Assembly (NCBI GenBank): GCA_048938855.1
Contig: JBHLLT010000011.1
Location: 32,001 to 96,000, forward strand
Direction of reading: 5' to 3'
DNA: 64,000 bases
From: Promethearchaeota archaeon
GTDB taxonomy: Archaea > Asgardarchaeota > Lokiarchaeia > Sigyniarchaeales > SOKP01
This document shows, piece by piece, positions 18,527-27,731 of the stretch. A program made the translations under genes and the position numbers. Below the pieces are notes generated by a model. The model was not told where the DNA came from. It saw nothing but the letters and a program-made list of their open reading frames with translations, and searched no databases. Each line of letters starts with the position of its first letter. The first letter of the stretch is position 1.

Positions 18527-18940
18527 TCACTCTTGAATAAGAAATAAGTAGATTACTATTATAAATATTCCAATAAGAGTAAGAGTAAAAACTGAGAGAT
18601 TTAATAAAGTTTGTCCAATGGATAAGAGAATGAACATAAGTAATTCTTTCCAGTTCAATCGTTTACCAACCAATTCTTTATAATTTGCATAACTGGTAAT
18701 TATAAATATAAAAAACAATAAAACAACAATTACTTTTATAACCACATCAATAATCGTCCATAACAAATCTATATTCATTAGAATTGTTATTATCTCTAAA
18801 TTAAATAATATTGAGACAATAAAACATATAGTTCCTAATACTGCTGATATAGTTATTGATCTATAAGCAAAAGTCTCATCGGAACGACTCTTTTCCAATT
18901 TCATCTGTTTCCCTTCCGATAATTTAGGAATTTTTGACAT
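18527..18940 (-). CDS. 4-TM membrane protein
   Basis: Start moved to ATG 18940 (MSKIPK), directly after the upstream stop; the longer ORF call overlaps the upstream gene. Confidence 0.65.
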   Translation of the reverse strand: MSKIPKLSEGKQMKLEKSRSDETFAYRSITISAVLGTICFIVSILFNLEIITILMNIDLLWTIIDVVIKVIVVLLFFIFIITSYANYKELVGKRLNWKELLMFILLSIGQTLLNLSVFTLTLIGIFIIVIYLFLIQE

Positions 18941-18941
18941 A

Positions 18942-19751
18942 TTATCTTTTATATCTTTTAATTTTTTCTTTAAGTTTAAAAATTCTATAAATAAAAATAC
19001 CCAGGAAAATACCCATAATACTAAATAATAATGTAGTAAACACATAAATTGTAGCAAAGAAAATTGGAAATGTTGTAGTGGAAACTGATTTAATATTGAT
19101 AAGTACAATCGCACTTTTTTTGATACCATTAGGGAAAGCTGATGTATCTCCATAAGTAATATTGAAGGCATAAGCATTACCAAAATCTAATGCAGCATCA
19201 TCTTTATTTGATTTATCACCTTTAATTGGTAAAGAAAATTCATAAATAGAAGTGAGGTCTTCAAGCGTAGCAGCACCTTTGCCATTTTGTTCTGTATCGA
19301 TAGTGAAATCAGTATGACCAGACTCACTATGACTAACATTATAATCAAAATAACTATATTCATTTGCAGAAATATTTGTAAATTGTATAATTTTAGCATC
19401 TATAAATTCAGTATTATCCTCAGAAGAACTATTTGATATAATTAAACCTACAAATTCATTTGTACTGTGATAACCAGATTCTAAATCAAATTGCACAGAA
19501 ATATAAAGATTTATTTCATCTTGCATGACCCATAAACTAATATTTAAATCATCTAGTGAAATACCTCCCTTGTAAGCGTCCCTCCATTCATGCGTTGATA
19601 TATCAATATAACCATCAATTACTGGAGTTTCTCCATATTTTGAGTCTATTTCTTGTGTAGCACATTTCCCGTTTGATAAAAAAAATAGAGAAGCCACAGT
19701 CAAGTTTATTATTACAATACATGCTAAAATTCTAAAATTTATTTTCTCCAA
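18942..19751 (-). CDS. membrane-anchored surface protein with CBM9/DOMON-like beta-sandwich
   Basis: N-terminal signal; PVIDG...EW, NLYISVQF and YEFSLP motifs; C-terminal TM with basic tail. Confidence 0.6.
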   Translation of the reverse strand: MEKINFRILACIVIINLTVASLFFLSNGKCATQEIDSKYGETPVIDGYIDISTHEWRDAYKGGISLDDLNISLWVMQDEINLYISVQFDLESGYHSTNEFVGLIISNSSSEDNTEFIDAKIIQFTNISANEYSYFDYNVSHSESGHTDFTIDTEQNGKGAATLEDLTSIYEFSLPIKGDKSNKDDAALDFGNAYAFNITYGDTSAFPNGIKKSAIVLINIKSVSTTTFPIFFATIYVFTTLLFSIMGIFLGIFIYRIFKLKEKIKRYKR

Positions 19752-19942
19752 GATCAGAAAGCCTTAAATTTTTAAATATTTCTATTTTCTGTTATGCCAA
19801 ATATAAAAATTGATAATTAAAATTGAATTTAATATTTTTCGTATAAAATATCTCTTTTACAAAAAATCTGACATCTAATTCTACAAATATAAAATTCTCC
19901 TAAATCAATAATTTTTTTTTCAATTAAAAAGAGATATATAAA

Positions 19943-20392
19943 CTATTGAAGAAAATTAGGAAACATAACAATACAGTTAAATTTGTTTAAATAAACAATA
20001 ATATAGTTCAACAGGCGTTTAATATCTCTTTTAGCTTCTAATAAATTCTGGTTATTATATTCAGCGAATGGTTTAGGACCAATTCCGACTAAAATACCTG
20101 ACAAATCTTTTTCCCTTTTAATGAAAAACCAAAAAGGCATCTTTTTTTCATTATCTTTAACTAGTAAAAGCATCCATGGATTTTCCGTCCAATCATCATC
20201 ATTAGGACCAATGACTTTTTCAATCGTTTTTTGGGTTTGATACTTTTTAGTCATTTTTATAGTCTTTACCAAAGCATTAAAATAACTTCTTTTTATTTTT
20301 AGATACCCCCCAAAATATCCTTTAGTATCAAATAATTCTATCTCTTTTTTCTCTCCATCTGGTAATTTCAAAAAAACTTTCCAATTATTCAT
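19943..20392 (-). CDS. hypothetical protein
   Basis: ~149-aa ORF; ATG 20392 preferred over the overlapping TTG. Confidence 0.6.
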   Translation of the reverse strand: MNNWKVFLKLPDGEKKEIELFDTKGYFGGYLKIKRSYFNALVKTIKMTKKYQTQKTIEKVIGPNDDDWTENPWMLLLVKDNEKKMPFWFFIKREKDLSGILVGIGPKPFAEYNNQNLLEAKRDIKRLLNYIIVYLNKFNCIVMFPNFLQ

Positions 20393-20399
20393 GATAGAT

Positions 20400-20834
20400 T
20401 TACTTATGTTTTTTAAGTCCAATTTCTTCTATTATTATTTGTTTAAATATGTTTTTAATCTTATTTAAAGAGTCATTTAATCCTGTTGCTTTTGCTTCAT
20501 TTAAATTTAAATTCAAATAACTCTCATAATAGAATTGATTTTCAATAATTAAAACTCCTGATGTATGAATAATTTGATAATTTTGAAGTATATCAGAAAT
20601 TTTATCAAACATTTCTTTTGAAAAGTCATTTGTAGAAAAGGTTACTTTTATTATTTTCTCTTTATTTAAAGGATAAATTGTAAGTTTTATAGAGTTCTCT
20701 ATAATTGATTGAATTATTAAAAGAAAAGGATTATGCTTTAGATCTTTAATATCTAATAATGAAAGTTTAAATTTAATACCAGATATATCCTTGATACGCT
20801 GTATTTTTGCTTTTGTTAAATTGTATACTTTCAT
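20400..20834 (-). CDS. hypothetical protein (C-terminal ACT-like pattern)
   Basis: 144-aa ORF in an operon-like run. Confidence 0.5.
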   Translation of the reverse strand: MKVYNLTKAKIQRIKDISGIKFKLSLLDIKDLKHNPFLLIIQSIIENSIKLTIYPLNKEKIIKVTFSTNDFSKEMFDKISDILQNYQIIHTSGVLIIENQFYYESYLNLNLNEAKATGLNDSLNKIKNIFKQIIIEEIGLKKHK

Positions 20835-20858
20835 TTTCTAAACATACTATTTGTTATA

Positions 20859-21203
20859 TTATATTGTATATCTATTTTTTTTATTAATTCTCTTTTTTAG
20901 TGATGATATAGTTCCTGAAGTCTTAAATGGCGAGAGAATAACTTTAACTCCTTCGATTTCTTTAACAAGACTTATGGCAGAAATTATAGTCTCTTTCGTC
21001 AAGTGAGAACATCTAATAATCCCGTAATCTTCATCCATATTAAGCTCTAGAAGCCATAATCCAATTTTGTTTGCCTCTTTCAAACCAAAATATCGCCAGA
21101 TTGATTGCCAAATTGATTTTAAAAGGGAATTTTTAGTGATCTCCTTTTCATTTTCTTTAATTATTTTAAAATAAATATATCTTTGTCGTTCTTTTTGATT
21201 TAT
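20859..21203 (-). CDS. rnp2: RNase P protein Pop5/Rpp14
   Basis: Extending the frame adds KERQRYIYF and SIWRYFG; C-terminal GIIRC and KTSGTI; the only plausible start is ATA 21203 after GGAGGGAG. Confidence 0.88.
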   Translation of the reverse strand: MNQKERQRYIYFKIIKENEKEITKNSLLKSIWQSIWRYFGLKEANKIGLWLLELNMDEDYGIIRCSHLTKETIISAISLVKEIEGVKVILSPFKTSGTISSLKKRINKKNRYTI

Positions 21204-21205
21204 TT

Positions 21206-21925
21206 TTAATCTCCCTCCTTAATTAATCTAACCTCTGGTTCAATATTATCGTTAAAATGTTTTTCTTTTCGCTCCAATAATAAAATTGGGTTTTTCATGA
21301 AGATTTTCTTAGCTTTTTCTAAAGAGATACCTAAAAGCGAATTGCAAATACTTAACAATGCTCTTGGATGCCTAAGATCATACAAATCATCAAAATTTCC
21401 ACTAATGATACAATTTGCTTTATTTTTTAAAGCCAATTGGATAAATCTGTATAAATTTCTGAAATTCTTTGATTGAATTGTCTTGTTTGATATTGTAATT
21501 GAAGCTAATGAGAATTCTAAAAACGAATTATTTTGTTTTGTAAGTGATATTACTCCCGGAGTAAGAGTCTTAATAATTTGTGGATCAGAAAAGGAGATAA
21601 TATCAACTCTTGAATCTTTCGCTGCTTGTAATTGAACTTCTTTATTAAAGGATTCAATTGAGAGAATATCAGGAAAATGGTTGTAGAATTTAATCTTATT
21701 TTTAAAATCGTCAAGATTCTCAATCCTTAAATTAATTCGAAAAAAGATATTTAGTTTTGTTTTACTCCATATTTTTTTTTTAAATTGTGGTGGAATCAAC
21801 TTTGTATTTTTTTTTGGCTCTAAAATAACATTTTTAATTCTTAACTTTTCACAAAATTCTAGTTTTTCAGAAATTTCAGTAAAATTATCAAAATCTACGG
21901 GGAGCCTTGATTCAAAATATGGCAA
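21206..21925 (-). CDS. rnp3: RNase P protein Rpp30
   Basis: AAKDSRVDII and SG...YDLRHPR motifs; adjacent to rnp2. Confidence 0.88.
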   Translation of the reverse strand: MPYFESRLPVDFDNFTEISEKLEFCEKLRIKNVILEPKKNTKLIPPQFKKKIWSKTKLNIFFRINLRIENLDDFKNKIKFYNHFPDILSIESFNKEVQLQAAKDSRVDIISFSDPQIIKTLTPGVISLTKQNNSFLEFSLASITISNKTIQSKNFRNLYRFIQLALKNKANCIISGNFDDLYDLRHPRALLSICNSLLGISLEKAKKIFMKNPILLLERKEKHFNDNIEPEVRLIKEGD

Positions 21926-22050
21926 AAATGATATAACCTCAAAAAACTATTAAAATCTCTATATTAATCTAAAGAACTGTAAAAATAAAAAAATTTTATT
22001 ATAAATAAATATTAAAGATTTTAGTTTTTGAATTTATGTGAGGATTTCTC

Positions 22051-23340
22051 GTGGCAAAAAAAAGAAAGCTTTCAGAAATCAGAAAGAAGGTTGAAGATGG
22101 GTCTGCTATTGTATTAACAGTCCAAGAGTTAATAGATCAGATAAGTGAAGGTGAGAAAATTAAATTTGAAGATGTAGATATTGTTACAACCGCTACAAAA
22201 GGACTTATGAGTGGAATTATGGGAATTTTCTCGTTTCGTCTTTCACCACCGAAAACTTTAAGAAAATTTACCGAAGTTGATATCAATGGAATTCCAGCTT
22301 TCCCTGGTCCGTGTCCAAATGAATATTTAGGTATAGTAGATTTAATTATATATGGAACTACTCAAAGTCGTACGAAAGATAACTATTGTGGTGGTTCCTT
22401 ATTTAGAGAAATTGTTGAAGGGAAACCTATAAATGTCTTAGCTAAGAGTGCTGAGGGTGAAACTATCGAAAAAATAATGAAATTAGAAGATATGCAATTT
22501 GCTAAATTAATAGGAACTAGACAAGCCATTAAGAATTACAATGCAATGATTAACTGTGAGAATTATCAAGTTAATACAATTTTCTCATGTCTTCCTTTTG
22601 AACCAGGTAAAACAGAACTTACATTTTCTGGATGTGGAGCACTTAATCCATTTCAAAATGATCCCAATTTTGCATCATTCGGAGTGGGTTCTCCGGTTCT
22701 TGTAAACGGAAATATAGGCCATCTTATGGGTCCTGGAACTCGTAATTATATTGAAAAACCTAATATGATGACAATCGCTCCTTTCGATGGAATGAAACCA
22801 GACTATATGGGAGCTTTTAAAACTTCTTATGGTTTAGAACCAATTTGTAGCTTAGCCTTACCGATTCCTATATTAAATGAAAATATTTTCAACAATTTAG
22901 CAAAATCTGATAAATTGGTTAAATTACCAATTTTAAGTCTAGTAGGACGGGAGAAGGTTGGAGAAATTACCTATGGCGATGTTTGGGACAATAACTATCT
23001 CATGAGGTTTGATCCAGATGCTTGTAAAAACTGCGAAGAATGCAAAGCTATTGATAAATGCCCTACTAATGCGTTTATTATAAAAGATAGCAGGATTTCT
23101 GCTATAGATCGCTCGCGTTGTTTCAATTGTGGCAATTGTACTCATATATGTCCCGATGCATTTGAATTAGATTTAAAAACAATTAAATTTGAAGGAGATA
23201 ATCTTCCAGTTGTTTTAAGACAATCAGATAGATATGGCGCAATAAAGTTAGCTGAACAACTAAAATCAATGATATTAAAAGGGAACTTTCCCTTAAGAAA
23301 ACCAATTAGTAAATTACAATTTGCAGAAGAAGTAAAATAA
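22051..23340 (+). CDS. methanogenesis marker 16-like metalloprotein (DUF39/homocysteine-biosynthesis domain plus 2x[4Fe-4S] ferredoxin)
   Basis: VDIVTTAT..MSG, GPCPNEYLG, FSGCGALNP.QNDP, CxxCxxCxxxxxCP and CFNCGNC...CP. Confidence 0.85.
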   Translation: MAKKRKLSEIRKKVEDGSAIVLTVQELIDQISEGEKIKFEDVDIVTTATKGLMSGIMGIFSFRLSPPKTLRKFTEVDINGIPAFPGPCPNEYLGIVDLIIYGTTQSRTKDNYCGGSLFREIVEGKPINVLAKSAEGETIEKIMKLEDMQFAKLIGTRQAIKNYNAMINCENYQVNTIFSCLPFEPGKTELTFSGCGALNPFQNDPNFASFGVGSPVLVNGNIGHLMGPGTRNYIEKPNMMTIAPFDGMKPDYMGAFKTSYGLEPICSLALPIPILNENIFNNLAKSDKLVKLPILSLVGREKVGEITYGDVWDNNYLMRFDPDACKNCEECKAIDKCPTNAFIIKDSRISAIDRSRCFNCGNCTHICPDAFELDLKTIKFEGDNLPVVLRQSDRYGAIKLAEQLKSMILKGNFPLRKPISKLQFAEEVK

Positions 23341-23431
23341 AAATAAGTGAATATCTTTAGGCAATAATTTTACATATTTGTTCATCTCAACTTATAAAAA
23401 ACTTTATTTTTAATTTGTAATAGGTTTAAAT

Positions 23432-25168
23432 ATGTCAAGTCAAATATTTGATGGTGGCGATTTAGTTGTTAAATGCCTCATAAAAGAGGGTATAACAAAG
23501 ATATTTGGATTAGTCGGTGGAGAATTATTAAGAATCTATGATGCTATTGAAAGATGGGGCAGAGACCAAGGTATAGACACAGTAATGGTTAGACATGAAC
23601 AAGCTGGAGGACATATGGCAGATGCTTGGGCCCGATCTACTGGAGAAATAGGAGTCTGTCTTGGAACGGTTGGTCCAGGAGTAACACACCTAGTACCTGC
23701 TGTAGCAGCAGCTAATGCGGACTCAATTCCTCTGCTTGTTATAGGGGCACAAATTGGTCGAATGTTTGAAGATACTGGAATTTTACAAGGAGGAATTGAT
23801 CAACTAGCCCTAATGAAGCCTATAACTAAAACTCAGATACAAGTTGAAGAACCTGAAGAAATTCCACGCGCAATTCAAAAAGCCATAAAAACTGCTCTAT
23901 CTGGAAGAAGAGGTCCAGTTTATTTAGAATTCAGGGAGACTGCATTGGTAAGGACTGCTACAAAAGAAGATTTCCAAAAGATTTTGGAACCGGAAAAATA
24001 TAGAGCATTATATAGACCTAGCGGTGCTCAAGTAGAAATTGAAAAAGCTGTTGATATTTTAAATAATGCTAAAAAACCATTAATGATAGCTGGTGGTGGA
24101 GTAATTGCTTCAGAAGCTTCAGAAGATATAAAAATTCTGTCAGAAACATATATGATACCAACAAGTACTACTATTAATGGCATCGGTTCGATTGGAAGAG
24201 ATAAAAAGACATTTTTAGATTCTTATTTAATTAATAATGCATATAGAACAGCAGCCTTACAAGCGGATGTAGTTTTATCATTTGGCTGTAAATGGGATTA
24301 CTCAATATTTTATGGGGCACCTCCGTTATGGAATCAAAATCAGAAAATTATTCAAGTTGATATTGATTCAAACGAAATTGGGAAAAATAGACCCATTGAA
24401 ATAGGTTTTGTCAGTGATTGCAAAGCTGTAATAAGACAATTATTAGATAAAATGGAAAAAACCTTACCAAAGAGTAAAATATCAGAATGGTCAGAATGGA
24501 ACACTTATTTACAAGAACTCTGTAAAAATCAATTAGATACAAATTTAAAAATCCTTAATTATAAGAAGTTACCAATGAAACCTGAACGGCTTATTTATGA
24601 AGTATTTGATTATATTCCTGAAGACGCACAAATTGTTCTTGATGGAGGGGATATTGTAGTTTTTTCTTATAAATTTATTAATTTAAAACCGCGACCTCCG
24701 CGGTCCACATTTTATCCAATATCTATGGGGCATTTAGGAGTAGGTATACCATATTCAATTGGAGTAAAAATGGCGAAACCCGAAAAACTTGTTATTTGTC
24801 TAACAGGAGATGGAAGTTTTCTCTTTAATGTTCAAGAGTTAGAAACTGCTGTAAGATTAAATTTACCAATAATAATAGTTATTGCAAATAATTGTGCATG
24901 GGGAATGATAAAGAGTAATCAGAAAAAAAGTGTAAATAAAAGATATTGTGATGTAGATTTTCCTCCAATTGATTATTCTAAAATTGCAGAAGGTTTTGGG
25001 TGTTATGGAGAAAAAATTGAAAATCCAGATGATATAAAACCAGCTTTAAAAAGAGCAATTGAGTCAAAAAAACCTGCAGTTTTAGATGTTAATATTGCAT
25101 TTGAAACACCTCCTCCAATGAGCTTATTAGCTCAATATAAAAAAAATAAAGGTTTATTTGGTAAATAA
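23432..25168 (+). CDS. thiamine-diphosphate enzyme, acetolactate synthase/oxalyl-CoA decarboxylase family
   Basis: VRHEQAG.HMA, GPG, and the GDGSF...NN ThDP motif. Confidence 0.9.
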   Translation: MSSQIFDGGDLVVKCLIKEGITKIFGLVGGELLRIYDAIERWGRDQGIDTVMVRHEQAGGHMADAWARSTGEIGVCLGTVGPGVTHLVPAVAAANADSIPLLVIGAQIGRMFEDTGILQGGIDQLALMKPITKTQIQVEEPEEIPRAIQKAIKTALSGRRGPVYLEFRETALVRTATKEDFQKILEPEKYRALYRPSGAQVEIEKAVDILNNAKKPLMIAGGGVIASEASEDIKILSETYMIPTSTTINGIGSIGRDKKTFLDSYLINNAYRTAALQADVVLSFGCKWDYSIFYGAPPLWNQNQKIIQVDIDSNEIGKNRPIEIGFVSDCKAVIRQLLDKMEKTLPKSKISEWSEWNTYLQELCKNQLDTNLKILNYKKLPMKPERLIYEVFDYIPEDAQIVLDGGDIVVFSYKFINLKPRPPRSTFYPISMGHLGVGIPYSIGVKMAKPEKLVICLTGDGSFLFNVQELETAVRLNLPIIIVIANNCAWGMIKSNQKKSVNKRYCDVDFPPIDYSKIAEGFGCYGEKIENPDDIKPALKRAIESKKPAVLDVNIAFETPPPMSLLAQYKKNKGLFGK

Positions 25169-25191
25169 TATCTATCTAAATGTGAACAAAT

Positions 25192-25998
25192 ATGTCAGAA
25201 GAAAACTTTTTAAAAGGAAAAGTCGCTTTAATAACAGGTGCAGGTGGAGCTGGATTTGGAAGAGAAATGGCAAAAGCATTTGCTAGCAAAGGAGCAGATT
25301 TAGTTATTAATGATATTAATGATGAAGGGTTAGATCAAACACGCGAAATTATTCTTAAAGATTATAACGCTGAAGTTTTTATAGCTAAAGCTGACATTTC
25401 TGATTCTGAACAAGTGAAAGAAATGGCTGAGAGTGTGCTTGAGAAATTCGATAATATTTTTTTATTAGTCAATAACGCAGGAATTGATGGTGGATTGTAT
25501 ACCACTTTAAAACAAAAAGAAGCGATGTATGATAAGATCATGGGGATTAACTTGAAAGGTGCTTGGAATGTTACTAAAGCCTTTTATAAACAAATGAGAA
25601 GACAAAAGCATTTTATTCCAATTGCAGGAAAAATAATCAATATTGTTTCATGTGCAGGTACAGCAAATGGTGCTAATCCCCAAGTAGGCATCTATAGTGT
25701 AAGTAAAGCTGGTTTATTAGCATTTACCAGATTATGGGCTCTTGAATTGGGTAAGAACAATATTACTGTTAATGCTATTTCTCCAGGAGTATTCTTAACA
25801 CCGATGTATAACAACGACCCTAAACTTATCAGAGATTTTTTGAAAACTAGAGGTGTAAGATTACCTATTGATAGAATTGGAGAAAAAAAAAGTGTTGCTG
25901 ATGCCGCGTTATTCCTAGCTTCACCAGGAGCAGACTATATCACTGGTCAAAATATAATAATTGATGGCGGAATGACAATTAGTGTAAATAAATTGTAA
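25192..25998 (+). CDS. SDR family oxidoreductase
   Basis: TGAGGAGFG, NNAG, YSVSK, ITGQ..IIDGG. Confidence 0.93.
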   Translation: MSEENFLKGKVALITGAGGAGFGREMAKAFASKGADLVINDINDEGLDQTREIILKDYNAEVFIAKADISDSEQVKEMAESVLEKFDNIFLLVNNAGIDGGLYTTLKQKEAMYDKIMGINLKGAWNVTKAFYKQMRRQKHFIPIAGKIINIVSCAGTANGANPQVGIYSVSKAGLLAFTRLWALELGKNNITVNAISPGVFLTPMYNNDPKLIRDFLKTRGVRLPIDRIGEKKSVADAALFLASPGADYITGQNIIIDGGMTISVNKL

Positions 25999-26042
25999 TT
26001 TTATCTAAATTTTTTAAAAAAAGATAATGCAAAGATATTAAT

Positions 26043-26627
26043 CTATTTACCGCGTCCTTTATTGGCTCTAATACTTGGCCGAGTTTTTTCAGAACCCCAT
26101 CCTCTTTTATGTAAACCTCGTGCTCTGTTTCCAGCAGAAGTTAGGCCCCGAGTTACTCTTTTTGTATGTTGTGGTTCAGATATCCATGTTATTTTTGGAT
26201 CTGCTTTAATAACGGGGTGGTTAGGATCTACTAAAATTGTTTCATAGTACCAATGTTTCCCATCAGCATATACTTTGTAACTATTTAAGACCTGCATGTT
26301 TGGATATTTTCTCTGAACTCGTTCCTCAGCGATCCATTGAAGGTTCTTCCCAGTAGTATATTTAGAAACACCCATTGCTCTTGGTTTTCTTCCTCGCTTC
26401 GGACGAACTTTATGCATTCCTCCTTTTCTTATTCTTGCTCGAACTATTATGTATCCCTGCTTTGCCTTATACCCTAATGTTCTAGCTCGATGAATATTTG
26501 TAGGTTTTTCAACTCTTTGGATTGATTTACCTTTACGATATTCAACTCCGCGATACCAGTGTGGTGTTTGAAATCCTTTTTCATGTTTCTCAAACGTTTC
26601 TTTCACATAACTATATCCTGACTTCAA
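26043..26627 (-). CDS. rpl15e: 50S ribosomal protein L15e
   Basis: ARTLGYKAKQG, AEERV, VLNSY, RGLTSAG. Confidence 0.97.
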   Translation of the reverse strand: MKSGYSYVKETFEKHEKGFQTPHWYRGVEYRKGKSIQRVEKPTNIHRARTLGYKAKQGYIIVRARIRKGGMHKVRPKRGRKPRAMGVSKYTTGKNLQWIAEERVQRKYPNMQVLNSYKVYADGKHWYYETILVDPNHPVIKADPKITWISEPQHTKRVTRGLTSAGNRARGLHKRGWGSEKTRPSIRANKGRGK

Positions 26628-26781
26628 CTTTACACTGCACTCTATTGTTTTATTATATCCTTAAAAGTTAACAGAAATTAATTAATTTTATTATTTTCTA
26701 TTATGAGCAAAAATTTTAGGATGCTCTCTAACTATATTAATTAGAAACTATTTAATAAAAAGCCATGGAGAATCAGTTATA

Positions 26782-27267
26782 GTGAAAAAAACGAATAGAA
26801 ATGGAAAAGATTCAAAAAAAGTTGAAATTGAAGATTCAAACGGTTTAAAAATTTCCTATGATAAAGACGAATTAAGCAACCAATTTCCTCATTTGATTGA
26901 GGAAATTTCAACTAAAAAGAAATCTTTAAAAATTGAATCAATTAATATGGATATAGAACCAGAAAAAGAGAAGACGCCACAGAAAACTAACAATCTTTAT
27001 CTTAATGAATTATACAATCCTGGTGTAGTAGACTTTTTAAGAAGATGCAAAAGTACGGAAGACGCAATTGATATATTGGAATACTTAATGACAAGAAAAG
27101 AAATTTCCCTTGAAGATTACAATAAATATAAGAAAATCATTTCACAAGAAGGAGGATTAAAGCAACTTATTAATGAACATGGTGGCTTAAAAAGACCAGG
27201 ATATTATATGAGAAAGTATTATAAAAAAGAGAATAATAATCAAGAATTAAATACTAAACCAGATTAA
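26782..27267 (+). CDS. DUF2095 family protein
   Basis: FPHLIEEI and YNP.VVDFLRRC...EDA..I.EYL motifs. Confidence 0.75.
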   Translation: MKKTNRNGKDSKKVEIEDSNGLKISYDKDELSNQFPHLIEEISTKKKSLKIESINMDIEPEKEKTPQKTNNLYLNELYNPGVVDFLRRCKSTEDAIDILEYLMTRKEISLEDYNKYKKIISQEGGLKQLINEHGGLKRPGYYMRKYYKKENNNQELNTKPD

Positions 27268-27275
27268 TATCTATC

Positions 27276-27348
27276 GACAGATGATGAACTTATGACAAAG
27301 TTAGCTACTTGCTCGGTAGCAATGACATTGTCGCCCCAAACTGATGTC
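27276..27348 (+). ncRNA. box C/D guide RNA (predicted target 23S rRNA Gm2251 equivalent)
   Basis: Terminal stem GACA/TGTC, box C ATGATGA 27281-87, box D CTGA 27341-44, D-guide TGTCGCCCCA; fills the intergenic gap. Confidence 0.8.
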
Positions 27349-27360
27349 ATTTCTTATATA

Positions 27361-27612
27361 TTAAATTCCTGCTAATCTCTTTCTAAAACGAATTCCTTTC
27401 TCTGTTAAAAAATATTCATCATTATTCTGTTGAATAAGACCTAAATCACGTAAAACAGGTATCCTCCCATTTATACAAGATATAGGTAAACCAGAAAATA
27501 ATTTTATAGTTTCATAGTTTTTAGCTCCATTATTAATAGCAACCAGTATTTCAATTCCCATATAACCTAAGAGATTTTTCAAATCCTCATAAGTTTCTTC
27601 GTTTTTGGGCAT
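27361..27612 (-). CDS. small winged-helix protein
   Basis: 83 aa; L.DLGLI...YFLTEKG wing motif. Confidence 0.7.
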   Translation of the reverse strand: MPKNEETYEDLKNLLGYMGIEILVAINNGAKNYETIKLFSGLPISCINGRIPVLRDLGLIQQNNDEYFLTEKGIRFRKRLAGI

Positions 27613-27731
27613 TTTTATCTAATCTTAAAAATATTATTTTCTGGGAGTTACTTTTTTTTAGAATTTCTGCTTTTTTTATTTTTTGCTGATCCTTCACTTT
27701 CATTTACTTTTTTTTAATCTGCAATTACGGG

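Noticed and set aside
18941-19399. Extended 18527-19183 call and 19187-19399 ORF
   Set aside because: Both are same-strand alternative frames inside the 18942-19751 gene.
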